Shown: positions 50,001 through 64,000, counted from the stretch's first letter. The stretch is 64,000 nucleotides of DNA from Schmidtea polychroa (GCA_044892525.1 CM097887.1:88824397-88888396), one strand, 5' to 3'. The notes: generated by a model from the sequence alone, not told the origin. A program made the numbers and translations.

Positions 50001-53000
50001 ATCAAAACAATATATATTTCGGCACAGCCTTTATGAAGTGTTGTTCCGTCCAGTTATGAAAATAATAATTTAAATTAAATTAAGATTAAAAATTAATTAT
50101 TTGGGGATAAAAATGTCAAAGAATTTTGTTGTTTTAAATTATGAAAGACACATTTTAAACAGTTTTGGACAACACTGGTATATAGAATAGTAGAATTGTT
50201 TCGAATGCAAAAACAAAAAAATATTCTACAATTGGTTTAATAACATATTTCTTGATAAAAACCATTAAAATAAAGTCCATAAAAACATCAATAATTTCAT
50301 GTAATAAAGTGTAAAATAAATTTTACTTCTCTAACAGCCAAGAAAACCTTCTCCTCATGCGAATCCATATCAGTAAACGTACGAATTTGTGCTAAATTCA
50401 CATTTTCACGATATCCCAAAGCCACGATTTCGTCAAAAGCAAAAATGATGTCAAAAATATTTTCTTTAATGTCATATTCATCTAAGCTTCTAGAGTAATC
50501 AGGAATCTATGAAATCATATATAGATATTTTTCAAATACTATCTATTGGAACTCACGACTTTAGCAAACAATCTTAATGTTTCCAAATCTTCCAATATAT
50601 TACTTGCTTTTGTAGTTAATAAAAGAACGTATAGTTTTTCAAGTGGTTGATAAACATATCTTACGGATTCAGTTTCCACAAAAGTGTGTTGTTTCCCTAA
50701 ATTTGTTTATATAACAAAAAATAAAAAGCAGTTCTAGGAAATTTTAACTATATTAACAATTTGAAAAATAAAGTTATTTAATTCATTAATACCGGAATAC
50801 ATTACTTCCAGACTCAAGTTAGATTAGTTTTAAAGATGGAAATTCGCAAAAAAATTCGCATATGAATTTAATTCCAGCAGCAACAATAAATTCAATATTT
50901 ATTTAATCAAAGCAATTATCAATATTAATTTATGATTTCAACTTTTGTCATTAACTACTGATTCATTATAATCATACTATAACCAACAAACAAATATTAT
51001 CCTTGATTACTAACTATTATTTATTTATAATTTAAAAAAACACAATTAGAACACTTCAAACCTCATGTACAGGTTTTAAAAATACATAATTAATTCAATT
51101 TACTTACGATATTTTATTTTATTTGAGTGAGGCATCACAACTAGGTTGACCATTCGTGTTTTTAAAACATCCTTTTTAATTAATTTTCTTCATGTACACT
51201 ACTATTTGTACACTACTTTTTACGTCAATAAAACACCGTTGTGCATGCAGCAATCTTAACACAAAAAAACGAATATTGATAAAGAACTCGAAGTACATGT
51301 TGGCAATCAGAAGTAAGCACTAAATAGGACTGTGTAACTATTTATTCTTTAATTAATAAAAAATTTTAAAATTATATTTCCTTATTTTTATTAACTTTTC
51401 CAGGAATTTATTTCTTTCTCGCGTTCCATTCTCAGAAAAATTCCCAGACTAAGTTAAACAGTTCTATTCGACATTGAAGCCATATTATAAAAATATTCTA
51501 CTCTTTATTCGAAAATTTACTTTAATAAATAGACATTTGAAAATAACTCAAAATTTGGAAACATTTATATTTTGGAAATATGAAATTCGAATATATATTT
51601 ATTTATATTTATATACTGATTTTTAGTCTTCAAGCTTTTTAATATTACAATTTTAGTTATTGTACATGGTGTCACGAACTAGTTTAGACCTTTCAAAATT
51701 AATTTTCAAGGATTCAAATTTTATCATTGCGCAAAATGTTGACAAATTTGTAAAATATATGAAAAATTACGTAGAACCTTTCAACATTCCAGAACCGCTT
51801 CAAGAACAGTTTTTATTGATAAGATAAAATAAAAATTTGTACCAGAAAGCGATTACAGAGAAGATATCAGTTTGATTTTAGATAAGCTTCAAGAAAATTA
51901 TGAAGTGAAGTCGGATTTATCGCCATATATATGGAATTATTTCGACTATCCCAAGACAAAAGATTGATCTTGTGCAGTAAAATAAGTAGTGTCAAAATCT
52001 GAAATCGTTGATAAAATTTCAATTTCGACAGGATATGGATTTGAACTAGATATACCTCTAGCGATCTCTTTAGTAAAATTAAAAGTACATATTGAAAAAC
52101 ATAATGTCAGAATCTGATTTGCGTTTTCAACATCTAAATAAGACTGAAATTTCTCATGATATTGTTCAAAACCTCAAAACCTCAAAACAGAAATCAATAG
52201 GGTAATAATTTCTTTGAAAAATAATAATACTAATCGTAATTATAGTAATTATAAAAATAATTTTTAATAAAATTTATCAAAATAATAGTCAACTTGATTT
52301 AATATATCATAATTAAAGAAATAGGGCATATTGCTCGATTTTGTAAATATTCCTAAAATGCGGAAATTTTCCTACAACGCGGTATTTTTTAGGAACCTAA
52401 CTACCGCGTTGTAAGGGATTACCTGTATTGGAATAAATTGCTTTCGTATCGAACACAAACATTTAATCGTTAAATTAATTTAATTTGGCTTCGCGGGTCC
52501 AAGTACGACTGATGTCATGACAGAGATAAAGGAAATTCAAAATTCTGATTTAGAAAATACTAAATTTTTAGGAGCCATAAACTTGGAAGAACAAAATGTC
52601 AAATTAGATAAAATCATCAAAATTTTAATATAGAAGTTGGATATAGATTTGATACAAAAATGGACTACTTCCAGAGTATATAGATAAAGATATTCAGTAC
52701 AGGCCAACAGATTTAGGCAAATGTGAATTTCTGAAACACTACAAAAAAACATTAAAACAAAAGAAGCTCACCAAAAGCAGTGAAACCAAAACTGTGTCAG
52801 TGGGATTGAAGATGTAAAAAATATGATTGAAGGACTTTTGAAAGCTAGGGTAATAAGTCCAAGCAATTCGTTCTAGATTTGTCCTATAGTTATTGTACGA
52901 AAGAAAAACGGTGCAATTAGAATGTGTGTTGATTATAGGAATTTAAATGCAATAACAACTCGTCCTCATGAGCAATTTGAGTTTAACTGCACGTCGTTTG

Positions 53001-55669
53001 GACTGCATTCGGCACCAGCTGCATTTCAGAAATTAATGAATATTGCTTTTAAATGTGAAAATTGGACAGACTGCGTTATTTATCTTGACAATATTCTAAT
53101 ATTTCGCAGAACTAAAAAAAGAGTATAAGGAGCAATTATAAAAAAAATATTAATGGAAGATAGATTAAAAATACTGATAAGTGTCAATTTTTAAGGAAGA
53201 ATGTTAAATATTTAGAATATATAATAGATGGTAACAGAATTCGAACTGACGACGAAAAAATATGTGCACGAAAAAATGGAAATGATCATCATGTGATAAA
53301 GAATTACAGGTGTTTTTGGGACTGTGGATATTATAGACATTTTATAAATAATTATGCAGATATTTCTCAACCGTTATACAATATGTCAAAGATAATATTC
53401 TTGAATGGAATGAAAGAACAATTACGGCTTTCAAGAATTAAAAATGTGTTTTGATGCCAGCTAAACTTTTAATGATTCGAAATAAAAATTATTCATTTAT
53501 TTTATATACAGGCTGTTCCTTTGGAGTTGTGAGGGCTATGTTATCTCAAATTCAGAATGGTGTTGTTATCTATTTGTAAAGAAATTTAAATAGATGGAAA
53601 ACATTTTACAGTGAGAATAAACTAAATTGGTATGTGGAAAACAGAAATTTGTGGAAAGCAGAAATAGACATATTGATTATAGTAATTGATAAAGTTCATT
53701 TAGAAGTCATAGAAACCTTGAGAAAAAATCACGTAAAAATTTTTGATAAAGTAAAAGAACATTGTGCAGTAGCACAAGAAAGGCAGGCAAAATATTTCAT
53801 AAGGGGTAATTGCTGTAATAAATACAGTCGTAGGCACTGTAGTGGTCGACAATATATTTCTATAGGCCTTTTATTAGTAAAATGTTTACAATAAATTTTT
53901 TAGATTAATAGACATACTTGATACATAGTATTCTGAGTAAAAACACAAAGAAATTGGGAAATGCTAAAATATCACATAATTTACCAAATGCTTCAAAAAG
54001 ACCATATCGCGCTAACTAAAACATTAACCCTTGACCGAAACATATTCCTTAATTAACAATGGGGATGTGATATAATTTGATAATAATTTAGTTGTTATAA
54101 TGAGACTAACCGTGTCATATTTTATATATATATATATTATTACAATCTTAGTAATTTTATAATAGTAATTTTGATTGATATTTAATTAGAAAACCCTACT
54201 GGATTCGACAGGTTAGAATTTGAAATCTTATCTATCTCGTCACAATTCGGGTAAATGTTTGGTCAATTCTCTTATGTAATAAAATTAAAATAGCATTTGG
54301 AAAATTAAATAATTTTGTCCAAAAGAGATTGGTTCTATGAAGACTGTGATCAACTCATATAAATTAACATGTACGTGTAATTCTAAATATTTAAATGATA
54401 CTTTCCGTAACCAATAATAAATATATAATTCAGTATGAATTTTGAATTTTTATTATGATCAATCTTTAACTAGATCTTCCAGAATAGACTCTAATAAAAC
54501 ACGTCAAATTCTTCGAGGAATGCACCTGATATTTCTTGAAAAATGCGTTTCTAGAACTCCTACACCACTAGCAGAAATGTATGGAGTAGCAGAGGTTATT
54601 CATATAAAGGTAATGTCTAACTATGTTGATATTCGTGTGTTTAAAAAAATGCCACTGTCTTTATTTCCGCCCTAGGCCAGGGAAACGCACCACGTATATT
54701 CCGTAATTAAGTATTCAAAAAAAAAAGTCGACAATTTTAATTTTATGTATGGCATTCATGATAAATTAAGTCTGTAACCATTTAATTTAAATTTATTTGG
54801 AAAACGTTGAATTCGACAATAATATAGTTTTAGGAGTTTTGAATATTTAATTTAAGTAATAGTGAGATAATATAACAATATAAAACTATTTTTTTTTAAT
54901 TTTATATAGTTTTTAAAATAAACTAACTGATACACGATAATAAAGTTTAATGTTAAATTTTTATTCATTAGTCAATCAATTTGAGGATTTATTCATATTT
55001 TGATAATTTTTGTCACTACAGCAGAAAACAAATTATTAAGGACCAAGTTAAATGAAATAGTTAATACGAAGAAAGCACAGTTAATATAAACTTTCAGTAT
55101 TATTTAATTAAAATTTGGAAATAAAATAAAATTTTGTACTTTTTAGAGCAATTAAAAATTGTTTAACAAATAATGAAATGATAATAAATATATATAAACA
55201 TTTATTTAAGTTCCATATTCGTAATATGAGAATATTTCAATGACTATTTTCAAATAAAGGACATGACATTTCAATAATGTAATAGAAAAAAACATAATTC
55301 TAGTAAATTTGTATGAAAACTCAAATAAAATTAGTGCTACATCATATAAACATGCTAATGTTATAAGACTTACAATTTTGAATATTTTTATTTTTCTCTG
55401 ATAACTTATCATCTGCGCAATGTTTAATTATTTAATAATAATTAGAAATTACCAGTTCCAATTAACTTAGGAAAAGCAGTGAGTAGTCCTTCTATTCTAG
55501 TTCGTGTCATCTCCACAAATTGTCTTGATAGCAAGGCTAAAATTACATATAGTTTATTATAAGAAAATAATGATTACCTTTTCCATCTTTAGAAAATATA
55601 GCAGCTGCTAGTAATACCTAAAAATTTAACATCAGTAGATAATAAAAATAATTATAAATTTTATACCAT
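40646..55669 (-). CDS. ARCN1: Coatomer subunit delta (archain 1), 12 coding exons, 516 aa
   Basis: Exons 55669-55667 (ATG), 55617-55578, 55536-55453, 50696-50557, 50506-50327, 49399-49231, 47587-47365, 47320-47128, 41309-41195, 41143-41035, 40987-40780, 40732-40646. All introns GT-AG with consistent phases. [67 protein letters not shown]. Confidence 0.95.
41433..41723 (-). pseudogene. Diverged fragment of eIF3 subunit L inside an ARCN1 intron
   Basis: YRHLYAHV...[41 protein letters not shown] matches the eIF3L motif YRHIYA..NYCNLFN..L.LPNQWLWDIIDEFIYQFQSF. Flanks are degenerate and no other exons were found. Confidence 0.7.
43352..46724 (+). mobile_element. hATm-like DNA transposon (3373 bp) inserted in a (TA)n tract within an ARCN1 intron
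   Basis: Termini TAGGGTGGCCCA / TGGGCCACCCTA with imperfect inverted similarity over about 130 bp; ATATATAT on both sides. Confidence 0.85.
43937..46206 (+). pseudogene. hATm-type DDE transposase with a single frameshift near 45017-45021
   Basis: [46 protein letters not shown]. Restoring one base gives ..[16 protein letters not shown]... Confidence 0.85.
46742..46977. mobile_element. Tc2-like MITE (236 bp)
   Basis: Perfect 21-bp TIR CCGTATATTTCGGCGTATAAG with TA flanks. Confidence 0.9.
46978..47049. repeat. Compound (TA)n(TG)n microsatellite
   Basis: Read directly from sequence. Confidence 0.95.
49506..49994 (+). mobile_element. Internally deleted hAT element (Buster/GTF2IRD2-like)
   Basis: TIR CAGGGGTCGGAAAC / GTTGCCGACTCCTG; 8-bp TSD CTATAGAT / CTATGGAT; remnant [26 protein letters not shown]. 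Confidence 0.75.
52790..53790 (+). mobile_element. Highly degenerate Gypsy pol relic in an ARCN1 intron (antisense to the host gene)
   Basis: [50 protein letters not shown], with many stops and frameshifts. Confidence 0.75.
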
Positions 55670-56859
55670 TTTTATTTTAGAAAATATTCCAACAAGTCAA
55701 ATTTTAAAATGTTTTATTTTGACAGTTGAATAACAAATTGCTGAGATAAATTAAAACAAAAAATGAATCTAATAATTCTTATAAATTTCTTTATTCGGAA
55801 TTTCTTAGAGTATCATTTCACTGAAATTTGGGAATTTATATTTAATTATTGAGCACATATAAAAATATTTTAAAAAATAAAATGATTTTTAAAAAATAGA
55901 TTCTTTTGACTTTATTTCCACTTAGATTTGTCATACTCAGTTTATGATAAATTGTTAACTCTTTCGCTAATAGATGTGGTAAATGATCCGGGTAAATTTT
56001 TAGGACTAGTAATACTTTAATTGTACTTATTTCGTGAGTAACTGAGTTCCTATCGTGATCACATCCTAAAATTACTTCGACGATTTGTAATTTGTGATGT
56101 AGTAACGTTGATACTGCACCACAAGTCGGTTGCCGTCAATAATAGGTAATCTTTGTTCTCAGAACTGCTAATACCCAAAAATTTCATGTATTCACAGACT
56201 ACAGATATGTTTTTCTGTCTTTTTTTAACGGTCTTCCTTCTCCATTTATTGTAGCTCACAACTAGTCGATATCTAGCCTATATCAACTAGACCATACGAT
56301 CATCACGGGATTATTCAAATCTTAGATATTAAAATACAAAATCAAATTAAATAATAAATTAACGACACAGAATTTAGTTTTCACAGCAGTTGTTATTGTG
56401 TCCATCTTCACTTGCCTCGACATCCAGGTTACACTTAGTTTTGTTTGCGTATGTGTTCGACTTTTTTGAATTTATACCTATAGTTATAACTGAAAATAGG
56501 GCGATGCAGGCGATGCAAATCATTAGGGCCCGCGATATAATCATAATTGGCTTTAAAATTTCAATTTCAGATAAATACTTTTTAAAAAAATTTTAAACTC
56601 ATGTTTATTTTCATCTTTTAAGTTTTACTAAAATATCTTACCATGTATTTACAAGTTACCGTTTCTGAAAACGGTTTTCAATAAAACAAAGTTAACGGTT
56701 TTATAATTTTTACACTTTTTAATGATGCGAACACCCGTCAAAAGGACCCTTGTAATGCCCCTTGTATTTTTCTTGACCTACTAACTAGGTTTTTTTTGAA
56801 AATTCTGCAAACAAAAATCTAGAAATTGCTTGCATGAATTTAAGCGTTTACTATAATGC

Positions 56860-57770
56860 TTAAACCCAGATTAAATGACTTGGCTATTCTTAATATGGAA
56901 TCAAAAATAGCAAGACAGATCAACTTTTCAGATGTTATTAATAAATTTGCAAGTAACAAAGCATGTAAGAGTTGATAAAAATTGATAGTTAACGGAAAAC
57001 CTATTAAGACAAACAGAAAATAAATTGACAAAATCAAAGAAGTATTACAGAAGATTCGATTCATTAAAGATTATGCCAAAATCGCAGAACCGTTATATGC
57101 TGCAACATCTGGATGGATTTTGGATTAAAGAATTCAGTGAAAGTTTTCAAGCACTAAAGGAAAGATTGTGCGATGCGCTTATTCTCGATTATCCAAGGTA
57201 GGATATATTTATCTTGGAAATACACCAGCTTTGGAGCTATTGAACCAGTGTTTGATTCTAATTTAAGAAACCACAAACAAATCTGTTAAAGTTTATGGTT
57301 CAAAATATATGACAGCGCAATCAAAGGATTACTGTGTAACCAGAAAAGAAGTTATAGCCGTACATGAATATTTTATACATTTTAGAGAACACCTTTATGG
57401 ACAAAAGTTCATAATTCGCACAAACCACAAAATATTGATGTATATTGTTGGAGGTTTTGTGTACTGCAATCTTATTATAGTAAATTATCGCTATATAGTC
57501 TTCAAACATTTTATTTCCCAGACACTGCGGGAATGAAAAAGATCGTAATAAAAAACCTAATTGAGGTTTTGTTGTAAACCAAAAAATCAATAAAAATATA
57601 ACAATCTACTACATATATGAATACTTCAAAAACACTAAATAGCCAACTATTTCAAATTGATTAGCTAATCTTGCTGAATATTATTTTAAAATGAAAATTC
57701 GAAAAGAAAAACACATGAATTCAGATGGACTATCAAGATTGACATGTATGAAGTCCCACCAGTGTCAAAA
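56860..57770 (+). mobile_element. Degenerate Gypsy RT-connection/RNase H relic
   Basis: KDYAKIAEPLYA, FQALKERLCDA, KDYCVTRKEVIAV..FREHLYGQKFIIRTNHK, NSDGLSRL. Confidence 0.7.
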
Positions 57771-57800
57771 AGACTAGGAAAGAAAGTCAAGAATCAGATA

Positions 57801-58697
57801 CACTAAAACCTCGATTTGCCTCGTTAATTGGGCCCCAATAAAGACGACGCAAATCGAAATTAATTTTTCCATATAAAAATGTATTTTGTTAATTAGTACT
57901 AAAACAAAAGATACCTTGGATTAAAAACTATTTTTATTTCAATCATTATGCATATATGTAATACATAAACCAACATTAAATATAATACATAAATTCATTA
58001 AAATATTAAATAAAATATAAAACATAAATTCATTAAATAACAAATAAAATAACATAAAAATTAATTAAATAAACAAAATATAAAATTCATTGAACAGAAA
58101 CAGTTTGTAACTTTCTTTTTTTAATTCTAATTCGATTACCGTTTCTGTAGACTGGTTCTGGTTTGGTTCTCGTAATGTTACAGTTAAAACTTGACTAAAG
58201 TTTGCTGAACTTGTGCAGCTATTTTTCTATATAAATTTCGTTATAGCAATTGATAGCGTTATTAATAATTCGCGTAACCATTAAGCATCGATTTTCGTCA
58301 AGGTCATTATCTACAATAACATCCATTGCTCGTGAAATGAGTTGCATTGCTTTCGAAATACAACGAGTTGTTAACTGTTTTTCTTTCGGAACTATATCAG
58401 GTGTATCATTATCGTCCACCAAAGAACGTTCAACATTTATAGAAATTAAATCTTCATTATTAAGTTCTTCATCATGTGATATCAATATCTCATTAATATC
58501 AGCTTATTCCATGCCTTCAAAGTTTGCTCTCTAGCTAATTCAGAAATTTCTCTACAAACAGTTGTTACAACGTCAACTTCTGCATTATTTAAGCTTAATT
58601 TAATCAATGCAAATCGAAATTTTAACGACGCAACTCTGAAATAACAAAATTTCAAAAACATCGCAACTTCGGAAACGACGCAAATCGAGTTTTAGTG
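57801..58697 (-). mobile_element. Tigger-derived non-autonomous element about 320 bp upstream of the PPP4C start codon
   Basis: TIR CACTAAAACCTCGATTTGCCTCGTT / AACGACGCAAATCGAGTTTTAGTG with TA flanks; minus-strand remnant SHDEELNNEDL...CYNEIYIEK resembles the Tigger transposase C-terminus. Confidence 0.75.
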
Positions 58698-59014
58698 TAT
58701 ATATTTATAAAATTCAAATGACAGAGTCTATTGAAAAAATATTGGATCAACAGCAGAATGATATTAAATTTCTAGAGGTATTAAAGAATTTGAAAAATGG
58801 ATGTGTGCAGAGAAAAAATTCTTTTCAATTTAATGTAAAAATTGTAACTTTACATATAAATAAATTAAAATCAGTTGAAAAATATTTCTTACTTATTATT
58901 TATAAGATTAATAATTTAAAAAATTTAAATTAATCAATTATAGCTTTGTTTATAAATATTTGTTTTTTTAATTCACTATTTGTTACTAATTTGACTATTG
59001 AAATATCACGAAAT

Positions 59015-60445
59015 ATGTCCGTTGATCATAGCGATTTAGATCGACAAATTGAACAGCTGAAGCAATGTAAATTAATTTCAGAAATGGAGGTTAAGGTGTT
59101 ATGTTCTAAAGCTAAAGAAATTTTAATGGAAGAAAGTAATGTTCAAATCGTCGAATCTCCAGTAACTGTAAGAAGTTTTTATTGTCTAAATTGATTTCAT
59201 AAAATTAGGTATGTGGAGATATTCACGGACAATTTTATGATTTGTTGGAACTTTTCAAGAATGGCGGTGATATTCCGAACACAAATTATTTGTTTCTCGG
59301 TGATTTTGTCGATCGTGGATTCTATTCCGTTGAAACATTTTTATTGTTGCTTGCCTACAAAGTCAGATATCCAGATAGGATTACTTTAATTAGAGGTAAT
59401 CATGAAAGTCGCCAAATCACTCAAGTATATGGATTTTATGATGAATGCATGAGGAAATATGGATCAGCTGTAGTATGGAGATATTGCACTGAAATATTCG
59501 ATCATCTTAGTTTATCAGCCGTAATTGATGGACAAGTAATTAGCCCCTTAAAGCCATAAATTATTTATTCAATTGTTAGATATTTTGCGTCCACGGAGGT
59601 CTTTCTCCATCAATTTCTACTTTAGATCAGATCAGAGCTTTAGATAGAAAGCAAGAAGTCCCTCACGATGGACCAATGTGTGATTTATTGTGGTCGGATC
59701 CTGAAGATACTCAAGGATGGGGCGTGAGTCCTAGGGGCGCTGGATTTCTTTTCGGATCAGATGTAGTTGAAAAATTCAACCATGTAATTTTTTATTAACT
59801 GAATATTTAAATTTTTTTGATATAGCATTTTAAAATAAATTAGGAATATTTAATTGAAATTTCTAGAGCTATAAATAACGGTTTTTCTAGTTTTCAATTT
59901 ATTAAAATAACTTTCCATTCGCTAATAAATACTGTTTTTACTATTTAATTTATTTGCATATTTTAAAAACTGAAATTGAATAACATAACATTTTTAAAGT
60001 ATCCAATCTAAATATTCAATAGATTTATTTACGAATGAAATTTCAAATAGAATAAAAAAATATTTGAAAACTGAAACTAAATAATTAGTTATTTTTAACA
60101 AGAAATAGTTTATTATCTTTAAATTTAAAGTTGAACGATTTTTTTTTACGGTTTATTTATTCAATTTTTTATTAAAACTACAAACCAGAAATTAAACGTA
60201 ACAAAACAAATTATTAAACACGTGCCATATGATTTTATAATAACGAATAAATTCTAAAAAATTAATTAAAAAAACTTTTAAATTTCGAAAATAATTTTAT
60301 TTAATCATATTTTGAAAATCTGAAAACCTTACTGAGCGAAACCGTACTATGCGAGGTATTCCTGTACATAAAATTTTAAAATATTTAAAATTATTTAATA
60401 TAACAATTATAATACCGTCTTTTCGCGCGCAAACACACACACACA

Positions 60446-60517
<72 letters not shown>

Positions 60518-62096
60518 CAGCAGTATATATACAGTACACCTAACCCCCGATTTACGCGGAAGATACGTTCCTGAAAAAACCATGTAAATCGAGTTTTAAA
60601 TTTTGCCATGTAAATCAGCGCAAATTGAAAAACACCTTAAAATGCTCACAATTCAACGTATAATATTTTTATATTTAAAAAATAACAATAATTCATAAAG
60701 TACATTAACAAACATAAATATAAATTCATTTTACATATTTTTAATTACGCTTAAATAAACTCATTTACTGTCATCATAAACTACTATTAATTCGTTTTTT
60801 TGTTGATGCGATGTCATTTTCGTCATTGGATGCGATTCTGGTTCAAGTTAAACATATAAATCGATTCTAGGCATGTAATGTGTCAATCCAACACACTACA
60901 AAAATGTTATGGTGCATAAATTTTCATTGTACCTTAGTGAGAATATAATTACAATTAATCAAGATTTTCAGTAATTTTAATATATAAAATTCATTATTTT
61001 ATTATAATAAATCACAGGTAATATATAATAAGTATATCGATAAATACCGATATTGGTGATTTATAAGTCTCTGTCTCTGTTTGTAAAGCAATAAAACACT
61101 TTAAATTGAAGAAAAGAGCATCTATTTATTTATACAAGTAATCGGAATACTTCAAGTACATGTACCACATAAAGTAACATTACACAGGATGTTCAATATA
61201 GCGTCCTTCTTGTAAATTAACGATAACAATATTGAAGTTGGGATGTTTGCCAACGAATTTTTAGTTGAATCTCTCATTTCTTGGAGTGTCGCTGGCCTGT
61301 TTCGATAGACGTTATCTTTGCAGGAAGACCATAGCCATAAATTGCAAATAGTTAGATTAGGGAATCTTAGCGGCCCTTCCTGAAAGCCACATCACCCAAT
61401 ACCACGTCACTTAAGGTGTTCATCTAGCAAGGCTCTTGCAATGCAACTGAAGTGCGCTGGTGCACCCTCCTGTTGATAAATTTCGTTTTATCTAAATACT
61501 TTTGTTTCAAGATTTTCAACGTATCTTTCAGAATTCATTGTTTGATTCAATATTAACGAAGGTTATGCCATGGTTGTAAGATACAACTGCCCACATACTG
61601 CTAGTTTCCGCTTTAAAAGGCCGGATGACGGTTACATGTTGATTTCCCCTTGAATAATAGACCATATAATGTGCGCCAGGCTTGATTTATGGATTTTGTC
61701 ATACGCCACGAATAACATTTATCGAAGCAGAACATTAACAATGACAAAGACGGAGACTTAGGAATCACACTTCAATTTTGAAGTGAAAAGGCTGTTTGGA
61801 AAATTCGTGAATATAAAAAAAACATCGGCTAATCTATAATTTGAATTCAGGATAATAATCTAGAAATGATTTGTCGAGCACATCAGTTGGTTATGGAAGG
61901 TTACAAGTGGCATTTCAACGAAACTGTCTTGACAGTTTGGTCGGCACCAAACTATTGCTACCGCTGTGGCAATGTTGCCGCCATCATGCAACTTCACGAA
62001 GGACAAAGAAAGCCAGAGTTTATTATTTTCGAAGCAGCTCCTCAGGACGTGAGAAATATACCGGCAAAACAAGCTGTGCCAGATTACTTTTTGTAA
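59015..62096 (+). CDS. PPP4C: Serine/threonine protein phosphatase 4 catalytic subunit, 4 exons, 309 aa
   Basis: Exons 59015-59167, 59209-59535, 59580-59783, 61851-62096; three phase-0 GT-AG introns (41, 44, 2067 bp). [30 protein letters not shown] and C-terminal DYFL; PP4-type residues [29 protein letters not shown]. Confidence 0.95.
60433..60510. repeat. Compound (CA)n(TA)n microsatellite between two MITE ends in PPP4C intron 3
   Basis: Read directly from sequence; flanked by ..GCGAGGTATTCCTGTA upstream and TACACCTAACCCCCGATTTACGCG downstream. Confidence 0.85.
61185..61760 (-). mobile_element. Degenerate Tc1/mariner transposase remnant in PPP4C intron 3
   Basis: Minus strand [10 protein letters not shown]...[33 protein letters not shown] resembles the QQDGAPAH..WPPRSPDL..LWG.LK..VY signature. 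Confidence 0.65.
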
Positions 62097-64000
62097 TAAA
62101 TATTAGCTCTTGAGTTTGTACAATAAAATTTTGTTTCTATGTCATATTTTCGAATAAAACAACGTATTGTATTTTTGGTTTCTATGTTAATCTGTTTAGT
62201 TGTATTTTAAAATGTTGATTTTATAAAGAAATTTGATAAGATTATTACTCTAAATTTCAATGAAACTAATAATTCCGGTTATTACTAAATTCTTATTGAG
62301 GCACTAGGTGAACAATAACATTATTCATAATAAAGAATCAAGTTTCATCGCTGCCTTTGATTTATTAATGGAAAAATACTATGTTTTCGTGTTCTACTTT
62401 GGTAATTACTCGATTGACTTTCTTCATTTCTTACTAAATAATTTGATACATCTAATTTAAACATTTTTTAATTTTTGATTCACGTTGCACAATTATTCTC
62501 CGATATAGTAGATAGAAGTGAACTGTCTAACTTAGACTCAACCCCCAATCCCCACCATTTTGAATTTTTCAAAAATTTGGCTGTCTACATGATAAATAAC
62601 GAGTCATAATTTTATTGAAGTATTTTTTAACAGAATTATTTTTCAAACTCATTCTTTTATCCATTTTGAGTTTTTCGAAATACGTCTGTCCATTTAACAA
62701 AGATCTTTATAATTTTTTCTAGTTAAAAGGTTTCATTGTATATTATGGTCTAGATTTTTTCGATGTAAATAGAGTTTTATATTCTATATTCGATGGTCTT
62801 CGACTTTCTCTGGTTTTAATTATGGTGTCAAACCTTCATAGGGGTTCTAAATTTTTGAATTTCCTACAAACCCAACATTTTATCTTCACAATTTTTAGCG
62901 TTTAAGATAGTCGTGCATGCTCTACATTATTGCGCTAATTTGACCTTCAAGGGTTCATCCATGATGAGTCAAAATTTTCAAAAGGTAAAAAAAAATTATT
63001 TAACATAAATCATTCTTATGTACTGAAAATTAATTACTAATTCAATTTACTGAACTCATTCACATACCAATTTTTGGTTTTCGAACACATTAATTCGAAC
63101 GCATGCAATAAGATTCACGTGAAGGACTTGGGATTTTGAGTAAAACCTAGTAATAATAATAATAATTATAATAAAAATAATAATAATAAATTAATCCAAA
63201 GTCAATTGAATATATTTTATTAATCTAATATAAATCAAATAAAAATAAAAATTTAGATTTTAATCCATATCTAAAGTAAACTAGACATTTGTAAATCCAG
63301 CTCCATAATTTAGTTGATCTATATAATCTCTTTTCTTTTTCAGTCGCCTTGATTTCAGAAAATCATCCAATAATTTTTGAGTCTCGAGTAATTTATTAAA
63401 TATAACCGTTTCTTTATTTAAATAATTCCCATTGATCTCGNNNNNNNNNNNNNNNNNNNNNNNNNNNNNNNNNNNNNNNNNNNNNNNNNNNNNNNNNNNN
63501 NNNNNNNNNNNNNNNNNNNNNNNNNNNNNNNNNNNNNNNNNNNNNNNNNNNNNNNNNNNNNNNNNNNNNNNNNNNNNNNNNNNNNNNNNNNNNNNNNNNN
63601 NNNNNNNNNNNNNNNNNNNNNNNNNNNNNNNNNNNNNNNNNNNNNNNNNNNNNNNNNNNNNNNTCATTCAATTTTCTTTACTCATTTCTATTGAACTTGG
63701 CCAACATCCCTGCGCAGATATTTTACTCACATTTCGCTCTATTATTAAATTACCAAAATCCAATTTTAATATAAATTCTCGTAAAGCTAATGTCATGAAT
63801 TTAAAAATTTACATGAAGAATTAATTATAAAATTTGAAATTAAAAATTACCTGAGGATACCTAAATAATAAAATGAAATACTTATTTAAACGAGTAAAAT
63901 GATTGGAGGAAACGAATGAGTTTGTAAAAGGAGGCTGCAACAAACCTCCGGAAAGTAGGACGAAGAGAAAATTCGGGAAATGAGAATAACTAAACAAAAT

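Noticed and set aside
58718-58933. 71-aa ORF upstream of PPP4C
   Set aside because: AT-rich, motif-free, adjacent to a Tigger end; the PPP4C protein is complete from ATG 59015.
63281-63440. Minus-strand frame ending ...DQLNYGAGFTNV*
   Set aside because: Runs into an N gap and no family was recognised; cannot be supported as a gene.
1-64000. rRNA, tRNA genes, CRISPR arrays, prokaryotic operons
   Set aside because: None seen; the sequence is eukaryotic, and the only tRNA-related sequence is the PBS.

Overview
AT-rich animal-like genomic DNA with 41-50 bp introns alongside long transposon-filled introns and four N gaps. Two complete host genes could be assembled by hand and lie head-to-head: coatomer delta subunit (ARCN1, minus strand, 12 coding exons, 40646-55669) and protein phosphatase 4 catalytic subunit (PPP4C, plus strand, 4 exons, 59015-62096). 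The rest is mostly transposon DNA: hAT and hATm elements, pogo/Tigger/Tc2 MITEs, a mariner remnant, a decayed 3.45-kb Gypsy and Gypsy relics. The standout is a 14.8-kb Ty3/Gypsy provirus at 22574-37403 with 1003-bp near-identical LTRs, a 4-bp ATTT target duplication, a tRNA-Trp PBS and a PPT. Its gene order is gag (3 CCHC) + two ubiquitin-like domains / Bcl-2-like domain + chuvirus-like (class III, gB-type) glycoprotein / protease / RT-RNaseH-integrase fused to a second type I membrane glycoprotein / DEDDh (REX4/ISG20-like) exonuclease. The fusogen sits between gag and pol. All domain calls come from motif recognition by eye; no database search was run.
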